Program-made: the position numbers and the translations under genes | Notes under the pieces: generated by a model | The model's input: the letters and a program-made list of their open reading frames with translations, nothing else | What the model was told of the DNA's origin: nothing | Database searches by the model: none | NCBI GenBank assembly: GCA_002269645.1 | Contig: NIVC01002460.1 | Location: 62,001 to 126,000 of the forward strand | DNA: 64,000 bases | Origin: Macrostomum lignano | Taxonomy: Eukaryota | Direction: 5' to 3' | Shown here: positions 1 to 38,704 of the stretch, one piece after another | How positions within the stretch are numbered: position 1 is the first letter of the stretch | Layout: the number at the start of each line of letters is the position of its first letter

Positions 1-12
1 GCGCGTTCGTCT

Positions 13-87
13 CTGCTTTGCTGCTTTGCAAAACTGCTTTGCTGCTTTGCACAACTGCTTTGCTGCTTTGCAAAACTGCTTTGCTGC
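13..87. repeat. Short tandem repeat, 21-bp unit ctgctttgctgctttgcaaaa, ~3.5 copies
   Basis: Direct repeat visible in the sequence. Confidence 0.8.
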
Positions 88-659
88 GTTCGTTGCCTTG
101 TCACTTCTTGCTGTTTATAGCTGTACTGGAAAGTGTCCTTTGTACTTTTCCTTCCTCTGAGCCATTCATCCATCCAGTTCCATGCTTTACAGGGAACAAC
201 CAAAGTGCAGTGCAGTACTTCCATCGCTGCACGTGTTTGTATTGACTAACTTTTTAACACGGAAATTGACTTCCGGTTTTACTCTTCTAGAAAGGCTTGT
301 CTATATCCCCATATGTACCTTCTCTGCACATGCATTTAGCCCATATTTGCTCTTATTGTGCAAACTAGAAATATGGGTAACTAGCTTGAAAACTAGCACG
401 ACTTGCAGAGTCAGGTTCGTGTTTATTGTTGGAAGTAAATAGGACTGCGATTCTGGGTATTTTGTTTAAAATGTTTGCACTAGGTTTAGCATTTTCCACT
501 CACCCATTTTCCCCATAGTAGCTACGCAGTTTACTTGTGTCTAGACAAAACTTTTCGTCATTTTCACATGAATTCATGCTATAAATTCTTTGAGGCCTAC
601 TGTGAGTAGCCAGGTTTAGAAATAAAACAAGTTTTTATACAAAATAAAATCAATAAAAC

Positions 660-1127
660 ATGTCGCAGCCAAGTTCAGCGGTCATTGTGGAAGGCGAGGC
701 GCCAGAATCGGACGATGAAGAGCAGCAGCTGACTGACTCGCCATCCTCCGATGTCAGTTCAAAGAAATCGACTGCTCCAACTGTTGCAAAAGACGCCGTA
801 GCAACAGAGCACGGGGCGCAGTCTCGGCTGCAGCAGCAGCAGCAAAAGACTAGCCAGCAGGAGCAGCAGCGTCGCTACGCTAGCAGCGCGTTGCACGCCA
901 GATTTTTTCAAGACGCCGGCAAACTGCAATCCGCGCTGGTTGCTAGGCGAGCGTCAACCTACGAGGCGGCTACTAAAGAGCTGCGCGGAGTTGCTAGCCA
1001 ATTAGCTAAGACGCACGCGTGCATTCAGGACGCCTCGCATGCACTGCGGCTGACTACTAATGATCTATACAAGCTTGACGACCGGCTGCAAGCCCTGACT
1101 AAGACTGACTGGCTGGCTGGCTTGTGA
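660..1127 (+). CDS. BLOC1S3: BLOC-1 complex subunit 3 homologue, intronless, 155 aa
   Basis: ATG-TGA ORF. N-terminal VIVEGEAPESDDEE resembles the BLOC1S3 VVxGEAxETDxE motif; the C-terminal coiled coil (SALHARF...ASHALRLTTNDLYKLDDRL) resembles the BLOC1S3 C-terminal domain (recalled similarity). Confidence 0.72.
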   Translation: MSQPSSAVIVEGEAPESDDEEQQLTDSPSSDVSSKKSTAPTVAKDAVATEHGAQSRLQQQQQKTSQQEQQRRYASSALHARFFQDAGKLQSALVARRASTYEAATKELRGVASQLAKTHACIQDASHALRLTTNDLYKLDDRLQALTKTDWLAGL

Positions 1128-1464
1128 ACGGCTATATTAAACTGATAGTTTTCACAATTTGCTACAAATTACTGGCAAAACTTTCACTAACTCACTCGTT
1201 AGATCATACATTGTTCAGTCGGTTTTTTAGTGCTTTCCAATACTATATGTGTACTATATGTAAACTTTATGGTTTTTGATAGATTGTCTGTCTCGTTAAA
1301 GTATATGATTATTTTTTGTATATAATTCAACCTATTTATGATTTTCAATATTTAAAAACTGAAATTAGAAAGTGTTCGATTTGATTTTAAGAAAATTTCA
1401 GGTGGATCCTATAATTCATGGAGGCTATATTTAATCCCAGCAATAATTAGACTGAGGAATAGAT

Positions 1465-2190
1465 CAGCAACCCAACAACAGACTAGGGGATAGAGCGACT
1501 CCCTAGCAATAGACTGAGGGATAGAGAGGCCCCCTCTACAACAGACTGAGGGATAGAGAGGCCCCCTCTACAACAGACTGGGGGTAGAGAGGCCCCTCTA
1601 CAACAGACTGGGGGTAGAGAGGCCTCTCTACAACTGACTGGGGGGGTAGAGAGGCCCCTCTACAACAGGCTGGGGGGTAGAGAGGCCCCTCTACAACAGA
1701 CTGGGGGGTAGAGAGGCCCCTCTACAACAGACTGGGGGGTAGAGAGGCCCCTCTACAACAGACTGGGGGGTAGAGAGGCCCCTCAACAACAGGCTAGGGG
1801 TAGAGAGGCCCCTCTACAACAGACTGGGGGGTAGAGAGGCCCCTCAACAACAGGCTAGGGGTAGAGAGGCCCCCTCTAGAACAGACTGTGGGATAGAGAG
1901 GCCCCCTCTAGACCAGACTGGGGATAGAGAGGCCCCCTCTATAATGGATAGAGAGGCCCCCTCTATAATGGATAGAGAGGCCCCCTCTACAACAGACTGG
2001 GGGGTAGAGAGGCCCCTCTACAACGGACTGGGGGTAGAGAGGACCCCTCTACAACAGGCTGGGGGATAGAGAGGCCCCTCTACAACTGGCTGGGGGATAG
2101 AGGCCCCTCAACAACAGGCTGGGGGATAAAGGGCCCCTCAACAACAGACTGGGGGGTAGAGAGACCCCCTCAACAACAGGCTGGGGATAG
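1465..2190. repeat. Minisatellite, ~31-33-bp unit ctctacaacagactgggggtagagaggccc
   Basis: About 20 imperfect copies between BLOC1S3 and COQ2; each contains the self-complementary tagag..ctcta motif. Confidence 0.9.
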
Positions 2191-2258
2191 AGCGGCTACC
2201 CAAAAACATTTTTAAGTTATTGAAATTGCAACTTCATTAACCCCATGGATTTCTTCTG

Positions 2259-2908
2259 TTGTCCAAAGCCACAGCTCGATTTGGTAGCAGCCTTGCCGCT
2301 ACCGCGCGCTCAGTTGCTGGTCATAGGCTGAGTACCAACTGCTTATTGTTGCGTCAGTCATTTTCGCCGGCGCTTTGTAGGCGATGGGTAGCAACGGAGC
2401 CGGCAATTTTCTCGTCCACCGCAGCGTCAGTTTACACGGTTGCTAGGCGACAGAAACACACAGATTTGCGCCCGCCAAAGCCAACAATTGCTTATCGACT
2501 AGTGGCCTCAGCGCCAGCCGGTCTGCAACCTTACCTGAGACTGGCTCGATTAGATAGGCCTATTGGCACCTGGCTATTGTACCTGCCTTGCGCTTGGAGC
2601 ATCACCTTGGCAACTCCGGCTGGCCTGCTGCCAGATCCGCTTGTGCTGGGCCTGTTCGGCTGCGGCGCCCTGCTGATGCGAGGCGCCGGCTGTACTATGA
2701 ATGACATTTTAGATAGGTGAGCCGGACAGAGAGTAGGGGAAGGAGAAGAAAAAGGAGATGAGAGATGAGAGGCGAGATGAGAGGAGGGAGGAGAGGAGAA
2801 AAGAAAGGAGAAAAGCGAAGAATGGAAAGTGGAGAGGAGAGAAGAAAATATAGATAAGAGGATAGAGGAGAGAAGAGAAAAGATAGATAAGAGGAGAGAA
2901 GAGAAGAA

Positions 2909-2962
<54 letters not shown>

Positions 2963-5900
2963 AGGAAAGGGGATAAAAGAGAAGAAAGGAGAGAGATGAG
3001 AGGAGAAAAGAAAGGAGAAGAGAGGAGAGAAAAAAGAACAGAGAAGGAAGAAGGGAGGAGAGAAGAGAAGAAAAGAGAGAGAGATGGGAGGAGAGGGGAT
3101 AGGAGCGAAGAAAGGAGAGAGAAGAAAAGAGAGGAAAAGAGAGAGATGAGAGGAGAAGGGAGAGAGAAGAGATATAGAGCTGTGAAGAGAAGCGGGATTA
3201 GTATTGTGAAGTTTCAAGAACCCAAGGGGCTGCATAGTGAGGCTTCGCGGCCGCATGCTGTAACATTGCTGCTATTAGTATTGGCCAGTGCTGAACAACT
3301 AAAGTTGGGACACTCTTAACCAAAGCATGCTACTAATAGTATTGAAAATTGAATGTCTCTCCTACTCAGGGATTATGACAAGCGCGTAGAACGCACCGAG
3401 GACCGGCCGATACCTTCAGGCCAGGTGACTGTGCCCCGAGCTACAGCCTTCCTAATTGGCCAATCGCTGCTGGCCGCTTGCGTTCTGTTCCAATTCGACT
3501 GGTTCACCGTCGGTTTGGGCGTCGCTTCGCTCGGCTTAGTTGCCACTTATCCGCTGTTTAAACGGTTCACTTATTGGCCTCAGGCGGCGTTGGGTATGCC
3601 TAATTTATCGGTTTCATTTCTTCTTAATTATCTTCTAATTTATAAAAGAAAGCCCTGGCACTATTGAAAAGTCGCTGCTAGTAAGCTACTTTTCTCGGAT
3701 CTCCCTTGCAAGTTGCTCAACTCTGCGTAACCAGAAAATAGAATGAATCAAATGAGGTTTTACCATAGACTCAGGGGTCGGCAAACTTTTTATCTTAATG
3801 GCCAGATAAAGAATCTCGACCATTACTGTGGGCCAGATGAGAAAGGAAAAATGAATGGATAGAGAGAGAAGAGAAAAAAATGAGAGATGCGATGAGAGAA
3901 GATGAGACGAGAGAGGAGAGAGGAGAGGAGAGAAAAGAGAGGAGGGGAGAGAGGACTGAGAAGAAAAACAAACTTTGAGCGGGCCAGATTGCTATTTTGA
4001 AGTTTCAGAGGACCCAGGCCGGGAGTTTGCCGTCCCCCTGCCATAGACAACAGACCATTGCACTACTGCGGTATGGAGTGAGGATCGTTCTTAGTTAGAT
4101 AAAGAGGCAAGGGACTGTGTACACCCTGACATTGTCACACAACCGGTGAGAGGCATTGCTGCTCATTCCGCCAACTCCCCTGAGCAGGCACACAAGCGCG
4201 CGGATACGTACGCAGTCATACGCACAGGCACACACTCACACAGGAGTGTACAGCGGCCCCTGACTTTATTTATCATTAGGCATGTACACTTCACTGTGCC
4301 TTGGGGGTTGGCCCTCAAGGCCGTTAATTGCACGATCAGAGCCAAGCCGAGACTTCAATTTAGCCCCAAATTAATGTGACTGCACTTGGAATCGAGCCTG
4401 GGCCGCTGACACGTCAGAGCGCCGCGCTAGACCGCTGGGTAGATCAAGGAAACAAAAAAATAGCAAGGCCTGTCATTAACTAAAGTTCACTAAATAGTTG
4501 AACTTCTGCTGCTGTAGTGCGATGAAACCTCACTGCTAGGTGTCTATCTAGTACTTATCTCCAAAAAACTTACCTTGCGCGTCGCAGGAGTTACACTCAA
4601 CTTCGGCATTCTGATTGGTTACTCAGCTATTCAAGCTCACTGTGATTGGCCAGTAGTGTTGCCACTGTACGGAGCGGCTATCCTGTGGACTATGATTTAT
4701 GACACAATCTATTCGCATCAAGTATGAATTTCTAATATTGTACACAATACTTAACAACCTTATCTACGAGTGCCTCTGTTGTGTGCGTTTTTTTCTAGAG
4801 TTTTTTTAACTCCCAATAGGACACCTACAGTTGCGTTTAGCTCCTAGCTGCATAGCAACTAGATTTAGTTATTGTTGTATCCTGTTGTTTAACACTGTCA
4901 AGCCAGTTACCATGGGCCATTGTGGGACACTTTTTGTTTCTTAGGAAACTTTTTAAGGCTGTGTTCTATATTCCATACAAGTTGATTCTCATATTGTTGG
5001 ACTTTCTGCCAAACTTTGCTAACGGAAAAGCAAAAAAAACTATTGAATGTAAATATTCTGCACAGTCTACTATTGTGGTGAAGGTTTCAATAGATAAGCA
5101 TCGCATTTTAATGATATAATATATAATTGTCGATAGGTTGTAGCCTAACGGTTAGAGTGTCGAACTCATTACTGAAAAGTCCGGGGTTCGATTCTCAACC
5201 CACTCGAAACAATTTGTGTCCTTTAGCAAGACACTTAACTCTGCATTGCTTCAGTTCACCCAGCTGTAAAATGGGTGCCAGCATTAGCTGGGGTAATTGA
5301 GGGTGTGTGTGCCGACCCCCCCCCCCCCCAGTCCTTGGACTGGACAGCCGTATTACCAAAAGCTCCTGTATGTTACAATATATCTTTGAAGAATCTTTTT
5401 CAAGCATTTCTGGAACAACAAGCCTTTAAGAAGTTTTCTAAGAAAATGTAGTGCCCACTCTGTACTTCTACTTGTAGTAGTTCTTAAAATGCTTGCGCGC
5501 CGATGTGTTCACTTATATTGACGCACATAAACTTTAGGATTGCTAAATACCTACTTACAGTAATCAACCAGGTAGTTGTCTTGCATTTTTGAAAATGTTT
5601 TGTAAACATCTATATGAAATATGAAAGCTATTTCTTACTTAGTAGCAGCATCGAGTATTTAATTAGTTTTTCTTCGCGTTTTTGTGGCGCTCCAGCTCCC
5701 AGTTCTGTCACCTGTTGTGTGGAGCGATCAGGCTTTCATATTCTATTTGGATAGCTTCTCTCTGGATATCACAGTGAGCTGAGTAGCCTCAAATCTCTGA
5801 AATGAGCTTGAGAGTTAACTATAATAATGGAACTGCATTTATTCACAGTATCGTTCAACATAAACATGTTGTTTTATTAAAGAACATTTTCAACTCTTTC

Positions 5901-6853
5901 ACAGGCTTCACATTTAACTATGGGGCTCTGCTAGGCTATGCAGCACTAACAGGCACTATCGACTTGTCCGTTTGCCTGCCCCTGTATGCTGCCGGCTTTT
6001 GCTGGACAATGGTCTATGACACCATCTATGCTCACCAGGTGACCGAACTGGGAACTTGGAGAGATTTCTACTTTATCCAGTTATTTTTTTATATTATACT
6101 AATCATTTTATGTTATAATCTTATTTTTTACAAATTATATCGAATTTAAAGCTTTATTTTTCATATTTTCTACTTAGAGTAGGCTATTCAGCTTTGGAAA
6201 CATTGATTTCGCAAAACAATCAATATAGGAATGGCACTATGCTTGTGCGTATAATGGATTACACTAATTACAAAGGAATATTATAGTTGTGTTGTATTTA
6301 TTGTTTTATTTTTATTTGCAGCTGTTTAATTATGATTTATCACCAGGCTTTGTTGCGCATGAAGTGGCTTCTAACGCACGTTTTAACGCCCTTTCAAAAA
6401 CCAAAGTGCTTATTTTGCTTTTCATCACCTTACTAACAGTAGTTTTAACTACCGAAATATTTTGTACTTTAATTGATTGTGCTATGTAAATTGTAGGACA
6501 AGGAGGACGATCTCATAGTTGGCGTTAAGTCTACCGCTTTGCTGTTTGGCGACGCGACAAAGTCCTGGCTGACCGGCTTCACTCTGGGCATGTCGCTGCT
6601 TCTTGCCACGGCTGGCGCCAACGCAAACTGCGGCCTGTTTTATCACGCCGGCGCGCTGTACGCCTCGCTGCACCTTGCCCAGCAGGTGGCCAGCGTTCAG
6701 TTGGACAATCCGGCCGACTGCTTGGCCAAGTTCAAGTCCAATAGGAATCTGGGATTGGCCTTCTGGCTGGCTATCGTGCTGGACAACTTCTTTGGCCTGC
6801 CCGTGCCCGGCTTTGGGGGCGGCTTTGAGGAGTCTCTGTTTGCTGATGACTGA
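2259..6853 (+). CDS. COQ2: 4-hydroxybenzoate polyprenyltransferase, mitochondrial. Exons: ~2259/2358-2716, 3370-3593, [4588-4721 OR 5905-6038], 6497-6853
   Basis: UbiA motifs: [60 protein letters not shown](A/S)[17 protein letters not shown]. All junctions are GT-AG and in phase. The start codon is uncertain (no in-frame ATG upstream of the first conserved motif). Confidence 0.95.
2725..3175. repeat. Purine-rich (GA)n/low-complexity tract in COQ2 intron 1
   Basis: A/G-only stretch including a perfect (GA)n run at ~2910-2957. Confidence 0.9.
3771..4040. mobile_element. Non-autonomous hAT (Charlie-like) MITE with purine-rich core
   Basis: Termini caggggtcggcaaact ... agtttgccgtccccctg; 8-bp direct repeat ccatagac at 3763-3770 and 4041-4048. 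Confidence 0.75.
4588..4721 (+). CDS. COQ2: COQ2 alternative exon, rhodoquinone-type (coq-2e-like): [45 protein letters not shown]
   Basis: Flanked by cgcag| and |gtatga; 134 nt, phase 1 to phase 0; not in the ORF track; Leu codon 4596-4598 and Ser codon 4713-4715. Confidence 0.92.
5135..5352 (+). mobile_element. tRNA-derived SINE with CORE-like body, between the two COQ2 alternative exons
   Basis: A-box-like tagcctaacggttagag and B box ggttcgattc; body gtgtcctt.agcaagacacttaactct...cagctgtaaaatggg; second copy at 30108-30314. Confidence 0.8.
5905..6038 (+). CDS. COQ2: COQ2 alternative exon, ubiquinone-type (coq-2a-like): [45 protein letters not shown]
   Basis: Flanked by ctctttcacag| and |gtgacc; 134 nt, phase 1 to phase 0; Phe codon 5913-5915 and Ala codon 6030-6032. 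Confidence 0.93.
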
Positions 6854-7204
6854 GTGTGTCTGTCTGTATTTTCAAGGCTTTCGCTAGACCGAGTTTTGTT
6901 ATAGCTTAGACTTCATGGCTCTTATCAAATTTTGAGCTTTTTAGCATTTCGATTCTATGTTTGGTAATGTAGTTGCAACTATGTTGTGTGAGTTTTATCC
7001 TCGTATGAATTTACAATACTGTTAAACCAAACGTGTTGATTTTAGATGTACCATCACATGGTTAAATGCATCTTTTATATCGCTTTTTTAAGCAAAGTTA
7101 ATGTTAGATTTTAGACGAAAAAATTTCAGCTGTAGCTAAAATGATTTAGAAGTCGTTTTCAATCTTCTTTTTATTTACGAGCGTACATGCTTCTTTATCT
7201 ATTG

Positions 7205-7550
7205 GCGCACCCACCTCACTCCACCACTGCCCCGTGGGCTGTACATTTGTGCACCCACCTCACTCCGCCAATCTATCCCTTTGGCTGTAAAATAGCGCAC
7301 CCACCTCACTCTGTCACTCTCTAACCTAAGCTGTACATTAGTACACCCACCTCACTCCGCCACGGCCCCGTTGGCTGTTCATTTGCGCCCCAAATCACTC
7401 CGCCACTCTGTCCCCTAGGCTGTATAATAACGCACCCACCTCACTCCGCCTCTCTGTCCCCTAGGCTGTACATTAGCTTACCCACCCCACTCCGGCACTC
7501 TGTCCCCTAGACTGTACATTAGCTTACCCACCTCACTCTGCCTCTCTCTC
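7205..7550. repeat. Minisatellite, ~42-bp unit gcacccacctcactccgccactctgtcccctaggctgtacatt
   Basis: About 8 degenerate copies; the same family recurs at 9955-10322 and 11097-11412. Confidence 0.8.
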
Positions 7551-7878
7551 CCAGATTTCAGGTTGGTAAGCTCACCCTTTTTGCCTAAGTCGTTTACTTC
7601 CTACATTGAAATCATTTTTTTACTTGCATGAAAATCACTTTTACAAAATAGTTTTAGCTTGTTCAGGCAAAATTATTGTTTCAAACGAAGCAAACCAGAT
7701 CAATAAAGTTCAGACGCTGTCATGCAACAGCTAGGCAAGGAAACATCTGCTGCTCTTGCTACTACTGGCAGTGCCACCTCGACGGCAACAGCGGCCGCTT
7801 CATGACTGTTCGATCCAGTGTCAACTCCAGCTGCTAGTCTAACTTAATCGCAGTTTAATAACTGATCGGATTAGCGCG

Positions 7879-35016
<27,138 letters not shown>

Positions 35017-35039
35017 TTAAGACTGTGATTTATCAGCTC

Positions 35040-35045
35040 AATAAA
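35040..35045 (+). promoter_or_regulatory. Candidate SMG1 polyadenylation signal AATAAA
   Basis: Located 24 nt after the TAG stop. Confidence 0.5.
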
Positions 35046-35384
35046 AATACCGTGTCGCCATGGCAACATGCGTCTGTATAAACAAATATTCAAGCCCCCG
35101 TGTGCCACACCAATCCATTGATCGATTTTGCAGTTTGCTTCCAATCTTCCTCTACCGTATTCAATAATAATTCATTGTTGTCTGATCCGTTTGGCATTCC
35201 GAACTCTACAATGAATTCTCTGACCATTCATTGCTGCTGCACTCAGTCAGCCGGCGCGATTGGCCGCTGCGAACTGGCTCGTTTGATTTTGCAAAATGCT
35301 TGTTTGGAGAGCTGCTTCACTGTTCCGCGTGTTTTTCATTTTTATGGACAGATAGACAGATAGATTGATTGGTTGATAGATTGA

Positions 35385-35393
35385 TAGACAGGC

Positions 35394-35456
<63 letters not shown>

Positions 35457-35489
35457 AAGACAGAGAGACAGACAGACAGACAGACAGAA

Positions 35490-35542
<53 letters not shown>

Positions 35543-35563
35543 CAGACAGACAGACAGACACTA

Positions 35564-35616
<53 letters not shown>

Positions 35617-35649
35617 CAGACAGACACTAAGACAGACAGACAGACACTA

Positions 35650-35690
<41 letters not shown>

Positions 35691-35788
35691 GTAGACAGAC
35701 AGACAGACAGACAGAGAGACAGACAGACAGACAGAAAGACAGAGAGACAGACAGACAGAAAGACAAACAGACAGACAGACAGACACTA

Positions 35789-35829
<41 letters not shown>

Positions 35830-35846
35830 CAGACAGACAGACACTA

Positions 35847-35925
<79 letters not shown>

Positions 35926-35950
35926 AAGACAGAGAGACAGACAGACAGAA

Positions 35951-35999
<49 letters not shown>

Positions 36000-36016
36000 C
36001 AGACAGACAGACACTA

Positions 36017-36049
<33 letters not shown>

Positions 36050-36399
36050 CTAAGACAGACAGACAGACACAGACAGACAGACAGACACTAAGACAGACAA
36101 ACAGACAGACAGGTCGGTCATCGCAAGTGCGGCACTCACTGCTACAATCCCCGGATGTACCGCTGCACCTGAGCGCTCGCTGACTGACCCTGGCGGCTCT
36201 CACCTGATCAGAGGCTGAACGATGCATCATTCATTTCAGTTTTATGGTTTTAATTGTCAATTAATTTGGTCTCTCTGACAGACAGACAGACAGAAAGACA
36301 GACAGACAGACACAAAGACAGACAGACAGACAGACAGACACACAGACAGACAGACAGACAGACAGACAGATAGACAGGCAGACATACAGACAGACAGAC

Positions 36400-36444
<45 letters not shown>

Positions 36445-36445
36445 C
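35385..36445. repeat. (GACA)n microsatellite blocks (35385-36112 and 36277-36445)
   Basis: Direct reading. Confidence 0.95.
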
Positions 36446-37799
36446 ACGTGTTAGTGTCATTCGGTTATACTATGTGAATTATCCTTAGCTGTATTGCAGT
36501 GTACACAATATTTATGTAATGCATGTAAAATTTATAACACTATAATGTTGCGCTAGTGCTATTTCAGCCTCAAAGTTCCCCCTCTAAACTAGAGCAGTGC
36601 TGCTTATTTTTTAGGCATTGTTGCAGACTGTTGCGAAACTGCTGCCAATCAGATCTGCATGGCTGAGCTGCCCTGCGATGCTTTTTGCTTAACAAAAAAA
36701 CTGCAGCATGCTTTTGCTATTTACAAGGGGATGAATTGGCAGAAACTTGTCTAGTTGTTTTAACAACCTGGCTGCTACATTTGTATTGCATTCCGTGTGA
36801 AGCATTGTTGACTTTGCTGCTAAAGTTGCACTCCATGCCTACATGGCTTAACCGAGTGCATGCAGTTTTGCAGATTCTGGAGAGGCTGCATGGCAATTTT
36901 CAGTACATGCAGACCGCGACAGCAGCAGGTGCAGTGAGGAGATAAGAGCATTCGGGTAAATAGGAGAAGCTGGGCTGAGGGGTGAGAGTGTGTATGAGAT
37001 GAGATGGTAGGGGATTAGAGATCACTACACAATTGGCATTGATTAGATTCATTCAGAAGTTATAATACATGTACATGTAAATTTGAAGTATCAACTGTAC
37101 TTTGAAACGATAACAGATTTTCGTTACTGCCAGCTGGTAAGGGGTTGCCATATAGTTTTCAGCAGCCGATACCGATCAGAGACATTTAGATATAAAATTT
37201 CCATAATTCCTATCGATAAGCCATGCCGCATAGCAAACGCAAATATCGGGAACAATTCTGCGACTGGTTAAAGTAACAAGAAATTATTTCCACTTTTTGA
37301 GAACATCTCATCCTACAGCAGCTTGCTGCAAGCATGCTTGAAGCTGCCAGAGCAAACAACCGCGTACTGCATGGTTTGCCAGACTGGTTTATACCAGTTA
37401 TATTTGGCTATTCTCAATATATGCATCGATCCGCTCTCAAGTCCAATTCTTAATCAACAATTCACCTGCCGTTCCTTGCCGGGTGCAGCGCCTGTCATTT
37501 AGACAAATAATTGAGCCAAAATGAGAGGCACCAATAGCGTGGCTCCGGCTGGTTGCTATTGCGTGCCCATTGCGCCCCCCCCCTGGCAACTTACACTGTA
37601 TATACAGTGTGTTGGCTCTGTCTGCAAGAGCTACTGGGCATGCAACAACTCGTTGAAAAATAATTTGAGCAATTTCTGAGAACTATGCGAAATTCATGTA
37701 AGTGATTTGCACCTGGATTCTATACTGCAATTTGGCGACAAACCCTGCGCGCAGGATTGTTATCCCCAATTATCATCTTTCTCTGCAGCGAACTGCCGG

Positions 37800-38014
37800 A
37801 TGCGCCTTCTAAACTCCTGCATGCTGCTGGAGCTGATGGCAACCTTGGCTGCGGCTGGCACCACCGTCTCTAGCGTCGCCATGACAACTACGAGCAATAG
37901 CAACGCGGCTGTCAACAGGATTAAATGCTACGTTTGCGACCCCTGCAGCATCTCCGATCCGCCAACGATGGCTCAGGCCAACAATAAGTCCGTGTGCGAG
38001 CACTGTGGGGTGAG

Positions 38015-38046
<32 letters not shown>

Positions 38047-38071
38047 AGATAGACAGACAAACAGACAGACC

Positions 38072-38105
<34 letters not shown>

Positions 38106-38655
38106 AAGAAACACAGACACTAAGACAGACACTAAGACAGACAGAGACACACAGACAGACAGACAGACAGACACTAAGACAGACAGACAGAGACAGACAG
38201 ACAATAAGGCAAACAGACAGTAGGCAGATAGAAACAGAGAAAAAAGAAAAGCCCTAATGCAGCTACTTTAAGTAGGAAGATGACAATTACGATCGTATTT
38301 AAGAAGGCATGACGCGGCTCCAAGTGTGCATGCGCTCGACGTATGCATAAAAATTACAATGATAATGAGAGCTACCAGCAACCGTACTGCGGCAAAATTG
38401 CTGATTCGATTCCAACCCGTTCAACAGAAGTCCGTAGTGGGCTACTTGGGCACCGTCACCCGGGTAACCAGGCGCTGCTACAGACGCGAGGACCCATTGT
38501 ACAAAGTCTGCCATGCCGGCATAGCTAAGGACGCCACTGACACGTGCTGCAGCAATGAGGACTATTGCAACCGAGCCTGTGGAATCGCTGCTGTTGCTGC
38601 TTTTGCGCCTGCTCTGGGATTGGCGGTGATCGCTATGGCACAGCTGATCAGCTGA
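37800..38655 (+). CDS. Ly6/uPAR (three-finger) GPI-anchored protein, exons 37800-38009 and 38428-38655, ~145 aa
   Basis: Hydrophobic N-terminus; IKCYVC...C...C..C / ...C...C...CC....YCN gives 10 Cys with terminal CCxxxxxCN; hydrophobic C-tail; ggg|gtgaga and caacag|aag phase-0 junctions. Confidence 0.85.
38018..38235. repeat. (GACA)n microsatellite in the Ly6 intron
   Basis: Direct reading. Confidence 0.9.
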
Positions 38656-38704
38656 CAATGCACCTTTAATTGTACCTAATCGTGTCTATGCTTTGACTGG
38701 GCCA

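Noticed and set aside
2531-3256. Hydrophobic Leu/Ser/Phe-rich minus-strand ORF
   Set aside because: This is the antisense translation of the (GA)-rich intron tract.
4588-4721. The upstream COQ2 exon copy as a dead duplicate
   Set aside because: It has an open frame, exact length, intact AG/GT, heavy synonymous divergence and diagnostic Leu/Ser residues, all indicating selection.
36113-36172. Possible Cys-rich mini-exon (VGHRKCGTHCYNPRMYRCT*) between GACA blocks
   Set aside because: No convincing acceptor or partner exon on either strand.
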